This document shows, piece by piece, positions 11,795-22,397 of a stretch of 64,000 nucleotides of DNA. This DNA is from Arcobacteraceae bacterium (lineage in GTDB: Bacteria > Campylobacterota > Campylobacteria > Campylobacterales > Arcobacteraceae). Positions within the stretch are counted from its first letter, which is position 1. Each line of letters begins with the position of its first letter. The stretch lies in assembly GCA_048268245.1 (NCBI GenBank), contig JBLWVX010000011.1:9660-73659 (forward strand). The letters run 5' to 3'. A model generated the notes under the pieces. It saw nothing but the letters and a program-made list of their open reading frames with translations. It made no database searches and had not been told where the DNA came from. The translations under genes and the position numbers were made by a program.

Positions 11795-12988
11795 TTAGTT
11801 CTTCATCATACTTCCCATATCCCATATTGGTATAAAAATTGCTAATATTATCCATAAGACTAAACTTACTATGACTATTAAAAATATAGGTTCTATATAT
11901 GATATAAACTTTTTCATTTTTTCATCAAATCTATTTTTATAAATATCTTTTATTTCTTTAGATATTAAAGTTAAACTATTTGAAGCTTCTGCTGTATTAA
12001 TCAAGTTTAACACTAGAGAATCAAATATATTTGATCTTTTAAATGATAGATTGATACTCTTACCATTTTTTAATAGATTTTCAATGAGCGATATTTTATC
12101 TAAAAGGTATTTATTTCTTATTAAAGTTTTTGATGAATTTAAAGCTTTTATAAATTCATAGTTTGATTCAAGCATTATATTTATTACTAAAAAAATACGA
12201 TATAACTGCATAAATGAGTATAAGTCCCTTATAAAATATATATCTTTAAACAGCAATTTTGATAGCAGATATTCGAACTCTTTATTTTTCAAATAAAAAT
12301 ATATAACTAGAAAAACTATAGATAAAAATAGCAATATTAAGTAAACAAAATAAGACATATATAAAGTATGGATATTAAATAAAGTTTTTGTTGCAAAGGG
12401 CAATGATTCATAGTTATTTACAAATATAACTTTAAACTTTGGAACAACAAAATAGAAAATGATATTTATTGATAAAAATAAAGATATTAAAAGTATAAAT
12501 GGATACCTTATAGCTTTTGAAAAATCTTTTTTTATTTTTAATTCTTCTTTTAAAAGCATAGATAATGCATTGATATTTGCATTAATATTTCCATTTTTTT
12601 GGCATAATTTTAGAAAAGAAACAATATAAATATCGATACGATAATCTTTAAAAATATTATCTATACTATCTAAACCTAAAAGTGCTTTTTTTAAATCTTC
12701 AATAAATCTTTTAAATTTTTCTTCTTTATAGTTTTGAGTCAAGATACCCAAAGCATCATTTAACATTAGATTTGCTTGTAGCATTATATTTAATTCATAA
12801 AATATAGAGATTAAAACATTTTTGTCAATCTTTATTTTGGATTTAAAGATATTCAAATCTTTTTTTTCATTTATAGGTTTTATTGTAAGTATTTTACTAG
12901 GTAAACTCTCTTCTTGTAAGTTTGAACTCTCTATTATTTTCGTTTTTACTCTATTTTCATCTTGATAAGTTATTTTATACTTTTTCAT
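11795..12988 (-). CDS. Type II secretion/type IV pilus platform protein (GspF/PilC/CtsF family)
   Basis: Two T2SSF repeats, AIRYP, LPFATK, IEPIF...AIFIPIWDM; adjacent to a GspE gene. Confidence 0.85.
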   Translation of the reverse strand: MKKYKITYQDENRVKTKIIESSNLQEESLPSKILTIKPINEKKDLNIFKSKIKIDKNVLISIFYELNIMLQANLMLNDALGILTQNYKEEKFKRFIEDLKKALLGLDSIDNIFKDYRIDIYIVSFLKLCQKNGNINANINALSMLLKEELKIKKDFSKAIRYPFILLISLFLSINIIFYFVVPKFKVIFVNNYESLPFATKTLFNIHTLYMSYFVYLILLFLSIVFLVIYFYLKNKEFEYLLSKLLFKDIYFIRDLYSFMQLYRIFLVINIMLESNYEFIKALNSSKTLIRNKYLLDKISLIENLLKNGKSINLSFKRSNIFDSLVLNLINTAEASNSLTLISKEIKDIYKNRFDEKMKKFISYIEPIFLIVIVSLVLWIILAIFIPIWDMGSMMKN

Positions 12989-14355
12989 TATATACCGATA
13001 ACTTTAATTAATTCAGTCATTGAAGTTATATTTTCACTTACCTTTAGCTTTCCATCATCAAATAAACTTTTATACTTTATCTTTCTTAAATATTCATTGA
13101 AACTATTAATACTTTCTTTTTTAAAAATCATTGACGATAGATTTTCATCAATATTCAATGCTTCTGCAATAACAGTTCTTCCTTTATATTTTGTAAAGTT
13201 ACATTTACTACAACCTTTTGAGCCACAATGTTTACAATAAGACAAAACTAACCTTTGAGATAAAATAAGCTTTAAAGTAGTTGATATTAAAAAAGGGTCT
13301 GCTTTTAAATCAAAGAGTCTTGTTATTGTTTCACTACTACTATTTGCATGAATACTAGCTAGTACTAAATGACCTGTTAAAGAAGCTTGTAAAGCAATTT
13401 GTAAAGATAGTTCATCTCTTATTTCTCCTATAAAAATGATATCAGGATCTTGTCTTAGAATGTTTCGTAATACTAAATCAAAATTCAAACCTATTTTATT
13501 GTTAACTTGAACTTGAGTAATATTTTCAAGCTTGTACTCTATTGGATCTTCTATAGTAATAATTTTTCTTTCATTAGAATTTAGCATATTTAACATTGAA
13601 TAAAGAGTGGTAGTTTTACCACTACCTGTAGGACCTGTAACTAAAATCAAACCTTGAGTTAATTTTAATGCATTTTGAATATGAAGTAAAATATGAGAAG
13701 AAAAACCTATTTCATCAATATTTATATTGATATTCTTACTATCTAAGACTCTAATTACTATTGATTCTGCTTCTAATGTAGGCATTGTTGATAATCTAAA
13801 ATCAAACTTTTTTTCATTTAAAATAAGAGAAAATCTACTATCTAAAGGAAGCCTGGTTTGAGTGATATCAAGATTAGAGATTAGTTTTAAATATGAAGAT
13901 ACAAGTTTTATAAAATTCTTTTCTAAAACTAAAAAAGTCTTTAGATTACCATCAATTCTAAATCTAAAAAGAGTTAAATGATTACTGAATTCAATATGTA
14001 TATCACTACTATTTTTCTCAATAGAATAGCTTAAAAGCTTTTCTAAAAAAGTTTGCATATATGAACTGTTTAAGTCATCATACTCTCTACTTTTTCTTGC
14101 TAGTGAAAAAAGCTTAAGCTTGATATTTATATCACTTAATAAAAATTGAATATCTTCTTTTTTACAAGAGAAAAATTTTAGGTTCCTGTTCTCAAAAAAC
14201 TCTTTACAGCTATCTAATTTTGAGTATTCACTTACATATAAATATAAAGTTAGTCCATCATCAAAAAAAGGTAAAATAATATTATCTTTTAAGTAAGACA
14301 TATCATAACTTTTAATTAAATCGTAATCTATTTTTTCATTTAAAACTGTTTTCAT
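12988..14355 (-). CDS. GspE/PulE/CtsE family secretion ATPase
   Basis: SDIHIE, RFRIDG, GPTGSGKTTT, TIEDPIE, LRQDPD, GEIRD, TGHLV, Cys4 motif. Confidence 0.93.
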   Translation of the reverse strand: MKTVLNEKIDYDLIKSYDMSYLKDNIILPFFDDGLTLYLYVSEYSKLDSCKEFFENRNLKFFSCKKEDIQFLLSDINIKLKLFSLARKSREYDDLNSSYMQTFLEKLLSYSIEKNSSDIHIEFSNHLTLFRFRIDGNLKTFLVLEKNFIKLVSSYLKLISNLDITQTRLPLDSRFSLILNEKKFDFRLSTMPTLEAESIVIRVLDSKNININIDEIGFSSHILLHIQNALKLTQGLILVTGPTGSGKTTTLYSMLNMLNSNERKIITIEDPIEYKLENITQVQVNNKIGLNFDLVLRNILRQDPDIIFIGEIRDELSLQIALQASLTGHLVLASIHANSSSETITRLFDLKADPFLISTTLKLILSQRLVLSYCKHCGSKGCSKCNFTKYKGRTVIAEALNIDENLSSMIFKKESINSFNEYLRKIKYKSLFDDGKLKVSENITSMTELIKVIGI

Positions 14356-15010
14356 TATAAACCTTTAACTCTAATTTCTTACCATCTTTTTTTAAAATTA
14401 CACTATTTTTATTTATTTGTATTATTTTATAAGATGAAAAACTCTCTCCCTTTACTCTCCACTTATTATCTAAAAATGCATAGTTATAAATGATTGCTTT
14501 TAACTTAGGTTTAGTATTTCTAACTTGAGATAGGGTTGATTGTTTTTTAATATTTTTTATATAAGATTTTTTAAAGTCTATTTTTACTTTTGCATTTAAT
14601 ATATTTGTTTTCGAACTATATATTTTTGATGTTTCAAAAAAAAGAATATTAGAGTTAGTATCAATATTTTCAATAAATAAAATAAATTTATCTATATCTT
14701 TACTCTTAGCTTTAAAAGCTATATTAATTACCCTATTTTTTATAGCAATACTTAAGATTTTAATACTTTTCTTATTAGCATAGTTTTGAATTTTTGATAT
14801 TAAATCTATTGATGAAAATTTATAATCAATTGTTTTTACCTTTGGTAAAGATACTTTAATCTCTTTATGATTTTCATAAGTCATAAAAAATAAAAATAGT
14901 ATTAAAATAGGTAATAAATATAATTGTAATTTTGTCTTAAAGTTTAAGTTTTTAAACTTTTTATTTAATTGATTTAAAGCTTCCATGAAAAACATACCTT
15001 TTATTATCAA
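14336..15010 (-). CDS. Hypothetical single-TM protein of the T2SS/pilus cluster (possible PilO/GspM-like); true start may be a few codons downstream
   Basis: One N-terminal TM helix; overlaps neighbours in the same operon. Confidence 0.55.
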   Translation of the reverse strand: MIIKGMFFMEALNQLNKKFKNLNFKTKLQLYLLPILILFLFFMTYENHKEIKVSLPKVKTIDYKFSSIDLISKIQNYANKKSIKILSIAIKNRVINIAFKAKSKDIDKFILFIENIDTNSNILFFETSKIYSSKTNILNAKVKIDFKKSYIKNIKKQSTLSQVRNTKPKLKAIIYNYAFLDNKWRVKGESFSSYKIIQINKNSVILKKDGKKLELKVYNENSFK

Positions 15011-15836
15011 ACTGTAAACTACTCGAAATAATTTTACTTTTATAGATATCTAGGAACTTAAAAATCTTACTTTTATTATCTGTAGAGATTAAAAATTCAA
15101 ATCTATTATTAATATATTTGAAATTTACAAGTTCTAAATCATATTTTTTTATGTTTTCATAAAAGAAAATAAATCTATCATGAAAAGAGATAAAACTCAT
15201 TTCATCACTTTTGTTTTTTAAGTTTTGTAAATATTTTTGTTTTTGAAGTTGTGCTATTTTTTCATTTTCTATTTTTGTATAGTTTATATATGTTGTAGAA
15301 ACAACTAGTAGTACTAATAAATATAGAAGAAAATAAATAAAACCATACTCTTTAGTTTTATTTATATCAATTAATATTGATTCTATTTTGTTTTGATTAT
15401 AAGATGAAATCAATGAATTTAACTCATCACTAGATACATGAATAATTTCATCAATATTAATACTTAAATTGAAAGATACAAACTCAATTAGTTTTTCATC
15501 ACTAAGTTCATAATCTAAATCTTTATAAAAGTAAAACTTACAATTTACATAAACACAAAAAAATGATTCACATATAACTAATGTATATTTAGATTTTTTA
15601 CAAATGTTTGAAAATAACTCAAAAACAAAATGTTTAGTATTTGGAAGAGCTATAAAAAGTTGATATTTATTTGATAGATATAAGTAGTTTACATATATTG
15701 CTTTTTTTTCATAAGAGTCTTGTTCATTTATATATAAAGAAGTAAGAATAAAATCTTTTAAATTTTTTCTTTTTATTTTTTCATTGGATTCTATTTCTAA
15801 AGTTTTAAAGTCATTTTTTAATGCAATAGTATTCAT
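14961..15836 (-). CDS. Hypothetical single-TM protein of the T2SS/pilus cluster (possible PilM/N or GspL-like)
   Basis: Cytoplasmic N-domain, central TM helix, coiled coil; first gene of the operon. Confidence 0.55.
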   Translation of the reverse strand: MNTIALKNDFKTLEIESNEKIKRKNLKDFILTSLYINEQDSYEKKAIYVNYLYLSNKYQLFIALPNTKHFVFELFSNICKKSKYTLVICESFFCVYVNCKFYFYKDLDYELSDEKLIEFVSFNLSINIDEIIHVSSDELNSLISSYNQNKIESILIDINKTKEYGFIYFLLYLLVLLVVSTTYINYTKIENEKIAQLQKQKYLQNLKNKSDEMSFISFHDRFIFFYENIKKYDLELVNFKYINNRFEFLISTDNKSKIFKFLDIYKSKIISSSLQFDNKRYVFHGSFKSIK

Positions 15837-15873
15837 AATAACTCACTTCAAATAATATAATGAGTTATTATGA
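15833..15873. promoter_or_regulatory. Perfect 13-bp inverted repeat covering the RBS/start codon of the T2SS-like operon
   Basis: TCATAATAACTCA-N15-TGAGTTATTATGA; the left arm includes the CAT (ATG) at 15834-15836. Confidence 0.55.
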
Positions 15874-15911
15874 CAATAAAAAGTTTTAAAGTAACTTAAG
15901 TTATAACTTTT

Positions 15912-16796
15912 TTAATTATCTACATCATAACCTAATTCTTTTAAGCCTTTTTTATTTTTAGTCCAACCTTTTTTAATTGAAACAAAAAGCTCTAAGTAAC
16001 ACTTTCTTCCTGTTAGTTTTTCTATTTTAAGTCTAGCATCTTTTCCTATTCTTTTAATAGCAGTTGCACCTTTTCCAATAATCATACCCTTTTGAGTACC
16101 CTTTTGTACAATAATAGTAGCTTTTATAACATCTAAGTTTTCTTTTTCTTCAACTTTTTCAATTAAAACATCTGTTTCATAAGGAATCTCATCTGAAATA
16201 TTTTCAAAAATTGATTCTCTAATAAACTCTTTAAATATATCTCTTAAATGTTCTGTAGTCATAATCTCAGGATCAAAAAGATAAGGATGTTCAGGAAGAT
16301 AATTTACGACATCATCTAAAATATCACTATGTGTTGTTTGCTTTTTAATAGATACAGGAATAATAGACTCATATCTATCAGAGTATTTTTCATACTCTTT
16401 CATTTTTTCTAAAACTTCTGCATTAGATACATTATCAATTTTAGTTAAAAGAAGAACATGCTTTACATTTTTTTTGTTTTTTTCTAAAAAGTTTTCATAA
16501 TGTGACAGTTTATCTGTAACAGGAGCTAAAAATAAAATCAAATCACAATCACCCATTGCTTTTAGCGCTTCATCTAACATAAACTGATTTAAAAGTTTTT
16601 CTGTTTCATGAATTCCTGGAGTATCTACAAATATAATTTGATTGTCTTCATGCATTACAATAATATTTGATCTTCTTCTCGTAGCATTTGCTTTATGTGA
16701 TACCATTGCAATTTTCTCACCAACTAGCCAATTTAAAAGTGAACTTTTACCAGCGTTGGGTCTTCCAACTACAGATACATAACCACATCTTGTCAT
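15912..16796 (-). CDS. era: GTPase Era
   Basis: GRPNAGKSS, DTPG, TKID, EIPY and KH-domain KGMIIGKG. Confidence 0.97.
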   Translation of the reverse strand: MTRCGYVSVVGRPNAGKSSLLNWLVGEKIAMVSHKANATRRRSNIIVMHEDNQIIFVDTPGIHETEKLLNQFMLDEALKAMGDCDLILFLAPVTDKLSHYENFLEKNKKNVKHVLLLTKIDNVSNAEVLEKMKEYEKYSDRYESIIPVSIKKQTTHSDILDDVVNYLPEHPYLFDPEIMTTEHLRDIFKEFIRESIFENISDEIPYETDVLIEKVEEKENLDVIKATIIVQKGTQKGMIIGKGATAIKRIGKDARLKIEKLTGRKCYLELFVSIKKGWTKNKKGLKELGYDVDN

Positions 16797-16877
16797 TAAT
16801 ATTCTCCTTAGGCAATAAGCCTATTTTATTATTTAAGAAAGATTTTAACATCAAAGTGTTTACAAAGTGGTAAAGCC

Positions 16878-18746
16878 CTAAAACACATCTTTGTATCTTT
16901 CTTTTACAGCAAGAAATTCATCAAAGTTCTCAAAAAGTATATCTACTAATAGTGGATCAAAGTGAGTTCCTCTATTTTCTTTAAAAAATTTCTTAATATC
17001 CTCAATAGGCCATGCTTTTTTATAACATCTATCACTTCCTAAGGCATCAAAGACATCTGCAACAGCAGTGATTCTTCCATAAATATGTATTTCATCTCCT
17101 TTAAGTCCTCTTGGATACCCTGAGCCATCCCATTTCTCATGATGTTCATGTGCAACAATTGCAGCAGCTTTTAATATATTCCTTTGTGAATGTTTCAACA
17201 TATCATATCCAAGCTGAGTATGGGTTCTCATAACTTCCCATTGGTCTGAATCTAATTTTGCTGGTTTCTTTAAAATATTATCAGGAATACCAACTTTTCC
17301 TATATCATGCATAGGAGAAGCTTCTTTTAAAAGCTCTGAAGTTTTTTTATCAAGCCCATATTTTAAAGCTAGTATTCTAGAATACTCTGCAACCCTTCTT
17401 ACATGATTACCTGTCTCTTTTGATCTACTTTCACCAATAGCACCCATTGTAAAGATAACCTCTTTTTGAGTATCTTCAATCTCTTTATTTAAAGACTCAA
17501 TTTCATGAATATTCTCATCAATAGTTGATGTCATATTATTAAAAGAGCTTGATAGTTTTCCAAATTCATCATTTGTAAAAATAGGAAGTTTTGAAGATAA
17601 GTCTTTTTTTTCATTTACTATTTTTTCAATATATTGAATAATAAACTCTAAAGGAAAATTGATTCTATAAATTAATGTAGCAGCAGCTAAAGCTAATAAA
17701 AGTAAAGAAGCAAGTCCCACTATAATTATAGTAGAGGTAGTAGTTTTTGACACATTATCTGAATGTTCTAAAATATCTATTTTTATTTGAGATGATATAT
17801 CATTTAAACTATTAATTGTATCAATGATATCTAAGTTGATTTGTTCACTTTTTCTAATTAAGTTTTCAAACCTACTTTGCTCTTCTAGTAGTCTTTGCTT
17901 TGAAACAATAAATAGTTCTATAAGATCTTTAGCTTGGAAGAACTCATTATTTATATTTTTTAAATTATTTTGAAATCTTAAATCATCTATACCATTTATT
18001 CTAATTAAACTATTTTCAAAAAGAGTTATAACCTGAGTTAAATTATTTCTTTTAATACTTCTTATAAAGTCTTCACTTTTCGTACTATTTATAGTTGATA
18101 AAAGTGTTGGAAGTTTTAAAATTGAGCTATCCAAATCCTTAGATAAACTCATAATTCTTTCGAAGTTGAAAATTAAATTTAAATCTGAATTTTGCATTTT
18201 TTTTCTAGTGTATCTTTTACTGTATAATGAAGCTTTACCATATAAAGCCTCTGTTTCATTTGAAATAAATTTAATTGAATTATCTATTCTTGATTTATAT
18301 TGACTTATTTCATCATTAAAAAATAAAACTATACTTTTTGAATCATATGTTTTCTTTTGCAATTCAACTAAACTAATCAAACTAAAAGAGATTTTCTTTA
18401 ACTCTTTATTGTATTTTTCTAAATACTCTTCTTCTTTTATAACTAAAAAATTATCATCTATTTCTAATAGTTTACTTTCATATACATCAAACTGTTTTTT
18501 ATTATCAATTAATACAATTCTATTTTCTAAATAGTTTATATCTTTGATTATACTTAGTACTTTCTGATTTTGTTTTTCTAAATCTAGAATATTTTTTAAT
18601 GTAGTCTGATCATATTTAATAGTAGAAGATAAGTATGTCATTGTAATAGCAAAAATGACAATTACGATACCCATTACAACAACACCTAAAATAACTATCT
18701 TTTTAATTGATAGATTTTGTGTAAGTTTTTGAAATAATTTTAACAT
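16878..18746 (-). CDS. Membrane-bound HD-GYP cyclic-dinucleotide phosphodiesterase (2 TM, periplasmic domain, HAMP)
   Basis: ETGNHVRRV, HDIGK, HHEKWDGSGYP, ADVFDAL; HAMP motif DEFGKLSSSFNNM. Confidence 0.92.
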   Translation of the reverse strand: MLKLFQKLTQNLSIKKIVILGVVVMGIVIVIFAITMTYLSSTIKYDQTTLKNILDLEKQNQKVLSIIKDINYLENRIVLIDNKKQFDVYESKLLEIDDNFLVIKEEEYLEKYNKELKKISFSLISLVELQKKTYDSKSIVLFFNDEISQYKSRIDNSIKFISNETEALYGKASLYSKRYTRKKMQNSDLNLIFNFERIMSLSKDLDSSILKLPTLLSTINSTKSEDFIRSIKRNNLTQVITLFENSLIRINGIDDLRFQNNLKNINNEFFQAKDLIELFIVSKQRLLEEQSRFENLIRKSEQINLDIIDTINSLNDISSQIKIDILEHSDNVSKTTTSTIIIVGLASLLLLALAAATLIYRINFPLEFIIQYIEKIVNEKKDLSSKLPIFTNDEFGKLSSSFNNMTSTIDENIHEIESLNKEIEDTQKEVIFTMGAIGESRSKETGNHVRRVAEYSRILALKYGLDKKTSELLKEASPMHDIGKVGIPDNILKKPAKLDSDQWEVMRTHTQLGYDMLKHSQRNILKAAAIVAHEHHEKWDGSGYPRGLKGDEIHIYGRITAVADVFDALGSDRCYKKAWPIEDIKKFFKENRGTHFDPLLVDILFENFDEFLAVKERYKDVF

Positions 18747-18755
18747 AATTATCTC

Positions 18756-19907
18756 CTAAAATTTTACATCATTAGATATCAAGACTAGTTCAAAGTTTTT
18801 ATTAATTTTACCAATCCAAACCCTATCGCTATATTGTGAGTTCGGATTGTTAAAATCTGATTTAAATCCAAATCCTAAATCAAATTTATGTAAATTATTT
18901 AAAGCTTCATATATAGAATTTTTACTTAATGAATTTGTATCTTTACCAATAGCTTTTATAAGTAACTTACCTGCTAAATAGCCCTCAAAAGATATTTGAT
19001 TATAATCTTTTCTTCCATATTTTAATTCATAAGCTTTTTTAAATTCATTTATAACTTGTAAATTTCCTTCATTTTTTAAAGGTGGTAAAACTAAGGTAGT
19101 ATAAATATCTTCTCTATAAGTTGGGAGCTGCTTTACTACCTCTTTTATATTTACAGGAGATAATAAGAAAAATTTTGCATTAGGGAAATCTTCTTTAGCA
19201 TAATTAATAAACTTTATTGTTGCTTTATTAACACCAACAACTATAATTGCTTTAAATGACTTATTCCAGTCTAATAATTTACTTAAGCCTAATTCTATAT
19301 TATTAGTATCTTTTGTGTATCTCTCATGAGCAATATTAGAAGCAGTAAAATTTCCATTATCTAATATAGCTTTTAATACACCTAAATAACCACTATCACC
19401 ATAAGTATCATTTTGAGAAAAAACCGCAATCTCATCTTCTTTTATTCCTAAATCCAATAATTTTTTAGTAATAAAATATGCTTCTTGAGTATATGAAGCT
19501 CTAAGATTAAAGATATATTTATCATTTTTATTTCTAAGTATGTTTCCTCCACTATATGAAGCAACAAAAGGTATTTTATTCTCTTTGATAATAGGAAGTA
19601 CTACATTAGCAGTTGGAGTACCAACACTACCTAATATAGCATGTACTTTATCTTTAAAAATCAATCTTTTTACATATTTACTTGCTAATAGTGGTTTATA
19701 TTCATCATCATATGAGATAAGTTTATATTTATCATTTGAATTTTTATTATGCGTATGAAAATAAGTTTCTATTCCTTTTTTCATATTTTCACCTAAATAA
19801 GAAATAGAACCTGAAAAATCAGCTGTCATCCCAATCTTGATTTCAGTTGCATAAGAAAAAGAAAAAAGAGAAATAATACATAAAAATTTTTTAATAAGGT
19901 TAAACAT
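18756..19907 (-). CDS. Periplasmic ligand-binding protein (LivJ/Peripla_BP_6 type)
   Basis: Signal peptide, IKIGM..DFSG, YDDEYKP, GSVGTPT, FNLRASY, QNDTYG, SFEGY. Confidence 0.85.
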   Translation of the reverse strand: MFNLIKKFLCIISLFSFSYATEIKIGMTADFSGSISYLGENMKKGIETYFHTHNKNSNDKYKLISYDDEYKPLLASKYVKRLIFKDKVHAILGSVGTPTANVVLPIIKENKIPFVASYSGGNILRNKNDKYIFNLRASYTQEAYFITKKLLDLGIKEDEIAVFSQNDTYGDSGYLGVLKAILDNGNFTASNIAHERYTKDTNNIELGLSKLLDWNKSFKAIIVVGVNKATIKFINYAKEDFPNAKFFLLSPVNIKEVVKQLPTYREDIYTTLVLPPLKNEGNLQVINEFKKAYELKYGRKDYNQISFEGYLAGKLLIKAIGKDTNSLSKNSIYEALNNLHKFDLGFGFKSDFNNPNSQYSDRVWIGKINKNFELVLISNDVKF

Positions 19908-19960
19908 AAGAAACCCTTTAAATATTATTATTTTATTATAACATATTTATTTTAGAATTT

Positions 19961-21469
19961 CTATCTTTTTCTAAAGTTTAAACTTTTAAGTAAATCTGAC
20001 TTTTCTATTTTTACATGATTATTTAAATCTGCTATTGTTCTAGCAACTTTTAAAACTTTATTTATACTTCTATAAGATAATTGATAATTAATAATTGCTT
20101 TATTTAATATCTCATCAGATTCTTTATCTAAAACACAATATTTTTTTATATCTTTATCATTTAACTTACCATTTAAATCTTTCTGACCTCTTTTTATCTG
20201 TTTTAAAAATACTTCTATTACACTTTTGTGAAGTTCTTTTGATGTTACGATATTTTTATTATCACTCAAATTATCATTCATAGTTACAAACATATCAATT
20301 CTATCTAAGAATGGTTCAGATAGTCTATTTTTATATCTTTGTATTTCTAGGTCACTACATCTACACTCTTTTATATTTGATAGAAGGTTTCCACATGGAC
20401 AAGGGTTCATAGCAGCTATAAATGTAAACTTTGTCTCATATTCTATTTTTGTATTTACCCTTGATATTAAAATTTTGTTATCTTCTAAGGGTTCTCTTAA
20501 AGCTTCTAAAATTGATTTTGAAAAATGAGGAAGTTCATCAAAGAACAATATGCCATTATTACTTAAAGCCACCTCTCCTATTTTTGCATTTTGACTACCT
20601 CCTCCAAAAATTGAAGACTTTGTACTGCTGTTATGAGGACTTCTAAAACTTCTAGTAGGTGAAAAATCCACTTCTTTAAAATCTAATGCCATCAATTTTG
20701 CTTTTTCTAAAATCTCTTCTAAATTCATAGGTGGCATTATATATTTTATTCTTTTTGCAATCATTGATTTCCCACATCCTGGACTACCTTCCATTAAAAG
20801 ATTATGATTCCCAGCTGCGCTAATAAGTGCTGCAAATTTAGCCATATCTTGTCCTATTACATCTAAAAAGTTTAAATCATATTCTTCTTTATAGTAAAAT
20901 TTCTGTTCTTTATACTCTAAAAAATTATAATCTAAAGAACTATTTTTAAAAAAGTTTTCTTTTTTATCTGAAGAAAAAAACTCTATTGCTTCACTTAAAG
21001 TATTTACTACATATATTTCTAAACCTGGAATTTTGGATATTTTCTGAGCTGTTTTATAACAAACTAAAACTTTTTTTATAGTTTTCTGTTTAGATAAAGA
21101 TAAAACAATTGGAAAAATAGAATTTGTATCTTTTATTTTTCCATCCAATCCAAGTTCACCAAAAATATAGAATCCCTCAAATAGTTCATTTTTATTATCA
21201 TAAAAACATATTTGTAAGGCAATTGCTAAATCAAAGTGAGAACCTTTTTTCTTAATTTCGCTTGGAGCTAAATTGATAGTAATTTTTAGTGGTGGAAATT
21301 TGAAATCATTGGTTAACAGTGCTGATTTTACTCTATCTTTTGATTCTTGAATACTCGTAGAGATCAATCCTACTATTGTAAATGATGGTAAACCTTTTGT
21401 AAAAGTAGCTTCAACACTTACAGGATGAGCTTCTATTGTTTCTAAAGATGCTGATTTTATTATTTTCAT
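19961..21469 (-). CDS. comM: YifB/ComM family Mg-chelatase-like AAA+ ATPase
   Basis: GLPSFTIVGL, ITINLAP, HFDLAIA, GSPGCGKS, RSPH, FDELP, AAMNPCPCG, DRID. Confidence 0.9.
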   Translation of the reverse strand: MKIIKSASLETIEAHPVSVEATFTKGLPSFTIVGLISTSIQESKDRVKSALLTNDFKFPPLKITINLAPSEIKKKGSHFDLAIALQICFYDNKNELFEGFYIFGELGLDGKIKDTNSIFPIVLSLSKQKTIKKVLVCYKTAQKISKIPGLEIYVVNTLSEAIEFFSSDKKENFFKNSSLDYNFLEYKEQKFYYKEEYDLNFLDVIGQDMAKFAALISAAGNHNLLMEGSPGCGKSMIAKRIKYIMPPMNLEEILEKAKLMALDFKEVDFSPTRSFRSPHNSSTKSSIFGGGSQNAKIGEVALSNNGILFFDELPHFSKSILEALREPLEDNKILISRVNTKIEYETKFTFIAAMNPCPCGNLLSNIKECRCSDLEIQRYKNRLSEPFLDRIDMFVTMNDNLSDNKNIVTSKELHKSVIEVFLKQIKRGQKDLNGKLNDKDIKKYCVLDKESDEILNKAIINYQLSYRSINKVLKVARTIADLNNHVKIEKSDLLKSLNFRKR

Positions 21470-21591
21470 ATTATAACTCTTTTAAAATAATTAAATAAAT
21501 TATAACACAATCTTTATAAATATAAAATATGAAGGACAAATAAGATAGTATCTTCGTTATTAAATATTTAAATTAGAAAAGAAAGGTCATC

Positions 21592-21830
21592 ATGTTTGGA
21601 TTAGTATCAAATGCTCAGCTAGAAGTACTAAATAATTACTTTAAACAATTTGTAGAACTAGTACAGTGTAAAAGAAATAAAATTGAATATATAGAAATAT
21701 TTTACAATAGGCAAAGATTACATTCGTATAATAATTATATGTCACCATTAGAATTTGAAGAGAAAATGTTACATTTAGAAATGGCTTCGTAGATTATTAT
21801 TCTTGTGTCCTATTTGGGGTTGACATATCA
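21592..21830 (+). pseudogene. IS3-family remnant (transposase C-terminus plus right inverted repeat)
   Basis: YIEIFYNRQRLHSYNNYMSPLEFE is the typical IS3 OrfB C-terminus. It is followed by TGTCCTATTTGGGGTTGACATATCA (ends 21830 with CA), an IS3-type right end. Confidence 0.75.
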
Positions 21831-21998
21831 GAACTTTATGTTACCTTGAACAAAGAGGAAGGAAGATTTTAAACTTCTACTCTTCAAACGCTTCAAAACT
21901 AAACTATTAATCAAAAAAAAATTTTAATAAACTAACATAAATATTTGATTTATCTATAATAGGTATAATAAGAAAAATTTTATTATGGAGTAATTTTT

Positions 21999-22367
21999 AT
22001 GGACTTAATAAATTGTCCTGTATGTGAACATCAAATATTATCAAGAATTGGAACTATTTGTCCAAATTGTGGTCATACAGTAAAATATTTTGAAGGGAAT
22101 AAAAAAAGAAAAGCTTATAGCAAATATTTTGCATTATCTATTTTTGTACCATTTACATCTTTTCTAATTGTATTATTCTCAGCAGTTAATCAAATAGCAT
22201 TTTATGTAGCAATTGCACTATTTATAGTTCTTGCTATATACACAATACCTCTAAGATATAAAGATTTATTTTTTACTAGTTATGAAAGATATTTATTTTG
22301 GGGAATTTGGCTATTAGGAAATGGTTTAGTTGTAACTATGATTTACAATCTATTAAATAAGTTTTAG
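21999..22367 (+). CDS. Zinc-ribbon membrane protein (hypothetical)
   Basis: CPVC...CPNC followed by three hydrophobic helices; GGAG RBS and upstream TATAAT. Confidence 0.75.
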   Translation: MDLINCPVCEHQILSRIGTICPNCGHTVKYFEGNKKRKAYSKYFALSIFVPFTSFLIVLFSAVNQIAFYVAIALFIVLAIYTIPLRYKDLFFTSYERYLFWGIWLLGNGLVVTMIYNLLNKF

Positions 22368-22397
22368 AAATAAAAGAAAAAAGAGTTAAAAAGTTTA

